DNA of 6,815 nucleotides from a virus (Duplodnaviria; Heunggongvirae; Uroviricota; Caudoviricetes): IMG/VR virus record IMGVR_UViG_2737471819_000003, positions 1 to 6,815 of that record; one strand, 5' to 3'. Shown piece by piece: positions 5,777 to 6,815 of this stretch (position 1 is its first letter; each line of letters starts with the position of its first letter). The notes under the pieces were generated by a model. It saw only the letters and a program-made list of their open reading frames with translations, ran no database searches and was not told where the DNA came from. The position numbers and the translations under genes were made by a program.

Positions 5777-6173
5777 ACTAAGAAGCCCCATCCATCAGCA
5801 GAACGCCATTCAAGCTATCCAGCAAATTCTTCCAGACCCAACCAAACCAATCGTAGTAACCATTCAGGAACGCAACCGCAGCATTCGGCAAAATGCACGC
5901 CTTCACGCGATGCTATCTGAAATAAGTAAGAAGGCTACATATCACGGAAAAGCAAGAAATATTGAGTTTTGGAAGGGGTTATTCGTTTCTGGTTGGCAGA
6001 TTGCAACCAACCAGCACCCTGAGATTATATCAGGGTTAGAAGGTGAGCTAATAAACATCAGAGAGAGTACGGCGACTCTATCTGTAAAAAAAATATCCGA
6101 AATAATGGACTACATAGAAGCATATTGTGCCATGAACTCAATTCATCTTAGCGAATGGAGGAATTATGATTGA
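5757..6173 (+). CDS. ninB: NinB (Orf-family recombination mediator) homologue with altered C-terminus
   Basis: From the ATG at 5757: MRKLTFELRSPIHQQNAIQAIQQILPDPTKPIVVTIQERNRSI..., nearly identical over about 43 aa to lambda NinB (MKKLTFEIRSPAHQQNAIHAVQQILPDPTKPIVVTIQERNRSL, recalled), then diverged. The track start at 5676 adds 27 non-homologous residues and is rejected. Confidence 0.85.
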   Translation: MRKLTFELRSPIHQQNAIQAIQQILPDPTKPIVVTIQERNRSIRQNARLHAMLSEISKKATYHGKARNIEFWKGLFVSGWQIATNQHPEIISGLEGELINIRESTATLSVKKISEIMDYIEAYCAMNSIHLSEWRNYD

Positions 6174-6768
6174 GGTTTGGGTAGATATCGAAGGGATTCC
6201 ATTTTATCAGGTTAGCAATAAAGGAAATTTCAGGTCTATTACGAGGGAAGTTACAGTAACATCAACCAGACAGAGGCCATATAAGAAAATAATTAATGGC
6301 ACTAGTGTAAAACCATTCAAGTGCAAGTCGACAGGATATCTTCAAATAAAGGTATACGGTAAGAAATACAGCGCCCACAGGATAGTTGCGAAAGCATTCT
6401 GTACAGGGTTCTGTGATGGCTTGGTAGTTAATCACAAAAATGGGCGAAGAGATGACAATAGGGCTGATAACCTTGAATGGGTATCACATTCTGAAAACTC
6501 AAAACACGGATATAAACAAAATGGAAGAATACCTATATCGCTAGGTAAATTTAGTGGTGACCATCCTGCCAGTAAAGCTGTTATTTCTACTGACATGAAA
6601 ACTGGGGAGGAGGTTTATTATGAAGCAGCTATGGATGCTGTCAGAGAAGGATTTGATAGTTCGTCAATTAGTCGTTGCTGTAATGGCGAAAGCTCATATC
6701 ACAAAGGAAGATTCTGGCGATTTGCAAATGAAAAAATGAAAGCGCGATGGGGAGATCGGGCTGCATGA
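6166..6768 (+). CDS. HNH homing endonuclease (NUMOD4 + HNH_3-type), C-terminally fused to a ninB 3' remnant
   Basis: N-terminal IEGIPFYQVSNKGNFRSI (NUMOD4-like). HNH motif LVVNHKNGRRDDNRADNLEWVSHSENSKH. SD GGAGG (6157-6161) 4 nt upstream. The last residues KARWGDRAA match the C-terminus of lambda NinB (recalled). The region looks more AT-rich than its surroundings by eye. Confidence 0.85.
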   Translation: MIEVWVDIEGIPFYQVSNKGNFRSITREVTVTSTRQRPYKKIINGTSVKPFKCKSTGYLQIKVYGKKYSAHRIVAKAFCTGFCDGLVVNHKNGRRDDNRADNLEWVSHSENSKHGYKQNGRIPISLGKFSGDHPASKAVISTDMKTGEEVYYEAAMDAVREGFDSSSISRCCNGESSYHKGRFWRFANEKMKARWGDRAA

Positions 6769-6815
6769 CTATCAAATCAAATACGCCAGCACACAACAAG
6801 GACTGCTGGCAAACG
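6765..6815 (+). CDS. 5' end of the next nin-region gene (partial; identity not determined)
   Basis: ATG at 6765 overlaps the HNH/ninB-remnant stop (ATGA). Reads MTIKSNTPAHNKDCWQT... to the window edge. Confidence 0.4.
   Translation, partial: MTIKSNTPAHNKDCWQT

Noticed and set aside
1..6815. Search for tRNA or rRNA genes, integrase or attachment sites, and a defence or toxin-antitoxin operon
   Set aside because: No cloverleaf-compatible segments or rRNA-like sequence seen, and no recognisable integrase, toxin or defence-enzyme motifs. The gene content is fully explained as a lambdoid early-right region.

Overview
This window reads as the immunity-to-replication-to-nin segment of a lambdoid (lambda/P22-like) phage or prophage, with nearly all genes on the + strand. 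Left to right: the 5' part of a leftward cI-type repressor gene (1-301, minus); a divergent operator/promoter region with a repeated TGATAAAT motif; a Cro-like regulator (415-648); a nutR-like boxA/boxB site with a P22-type GACAA loop; a leftward P_RE-like CII-dependent promoter inside the cII start; cII (787-1083), with a lambda-like C-terminus; a leftward oop-like antisense RNA and terminator over the cII 3' end; a small basic ORF; a replication initiator with an N-terminal winged-helix domain (1246-1998) and a 21-bp tandem duplication; a 968-aa primase-helicase (2106-5012) whose Walker A motif is interrupted by a ~341-aa intein carrying a LAGLIDADG homing endonuclease; a run of translationally coupled small ORFs; a NinB homologue (5757-6173); and a NUMOD4/HNH homing endonuclease ORF (6166-6768) that appears inserted into the 3' end of ninB. 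The two findings most worth follow-up are the intein (probably class 3) and the HNH insertion. All calls rest on reading the sequence and on recalled lambda/P22 sequences; no database search was run. I did not find a clearly novel multi-gene system (for example a defence operon) in this window.
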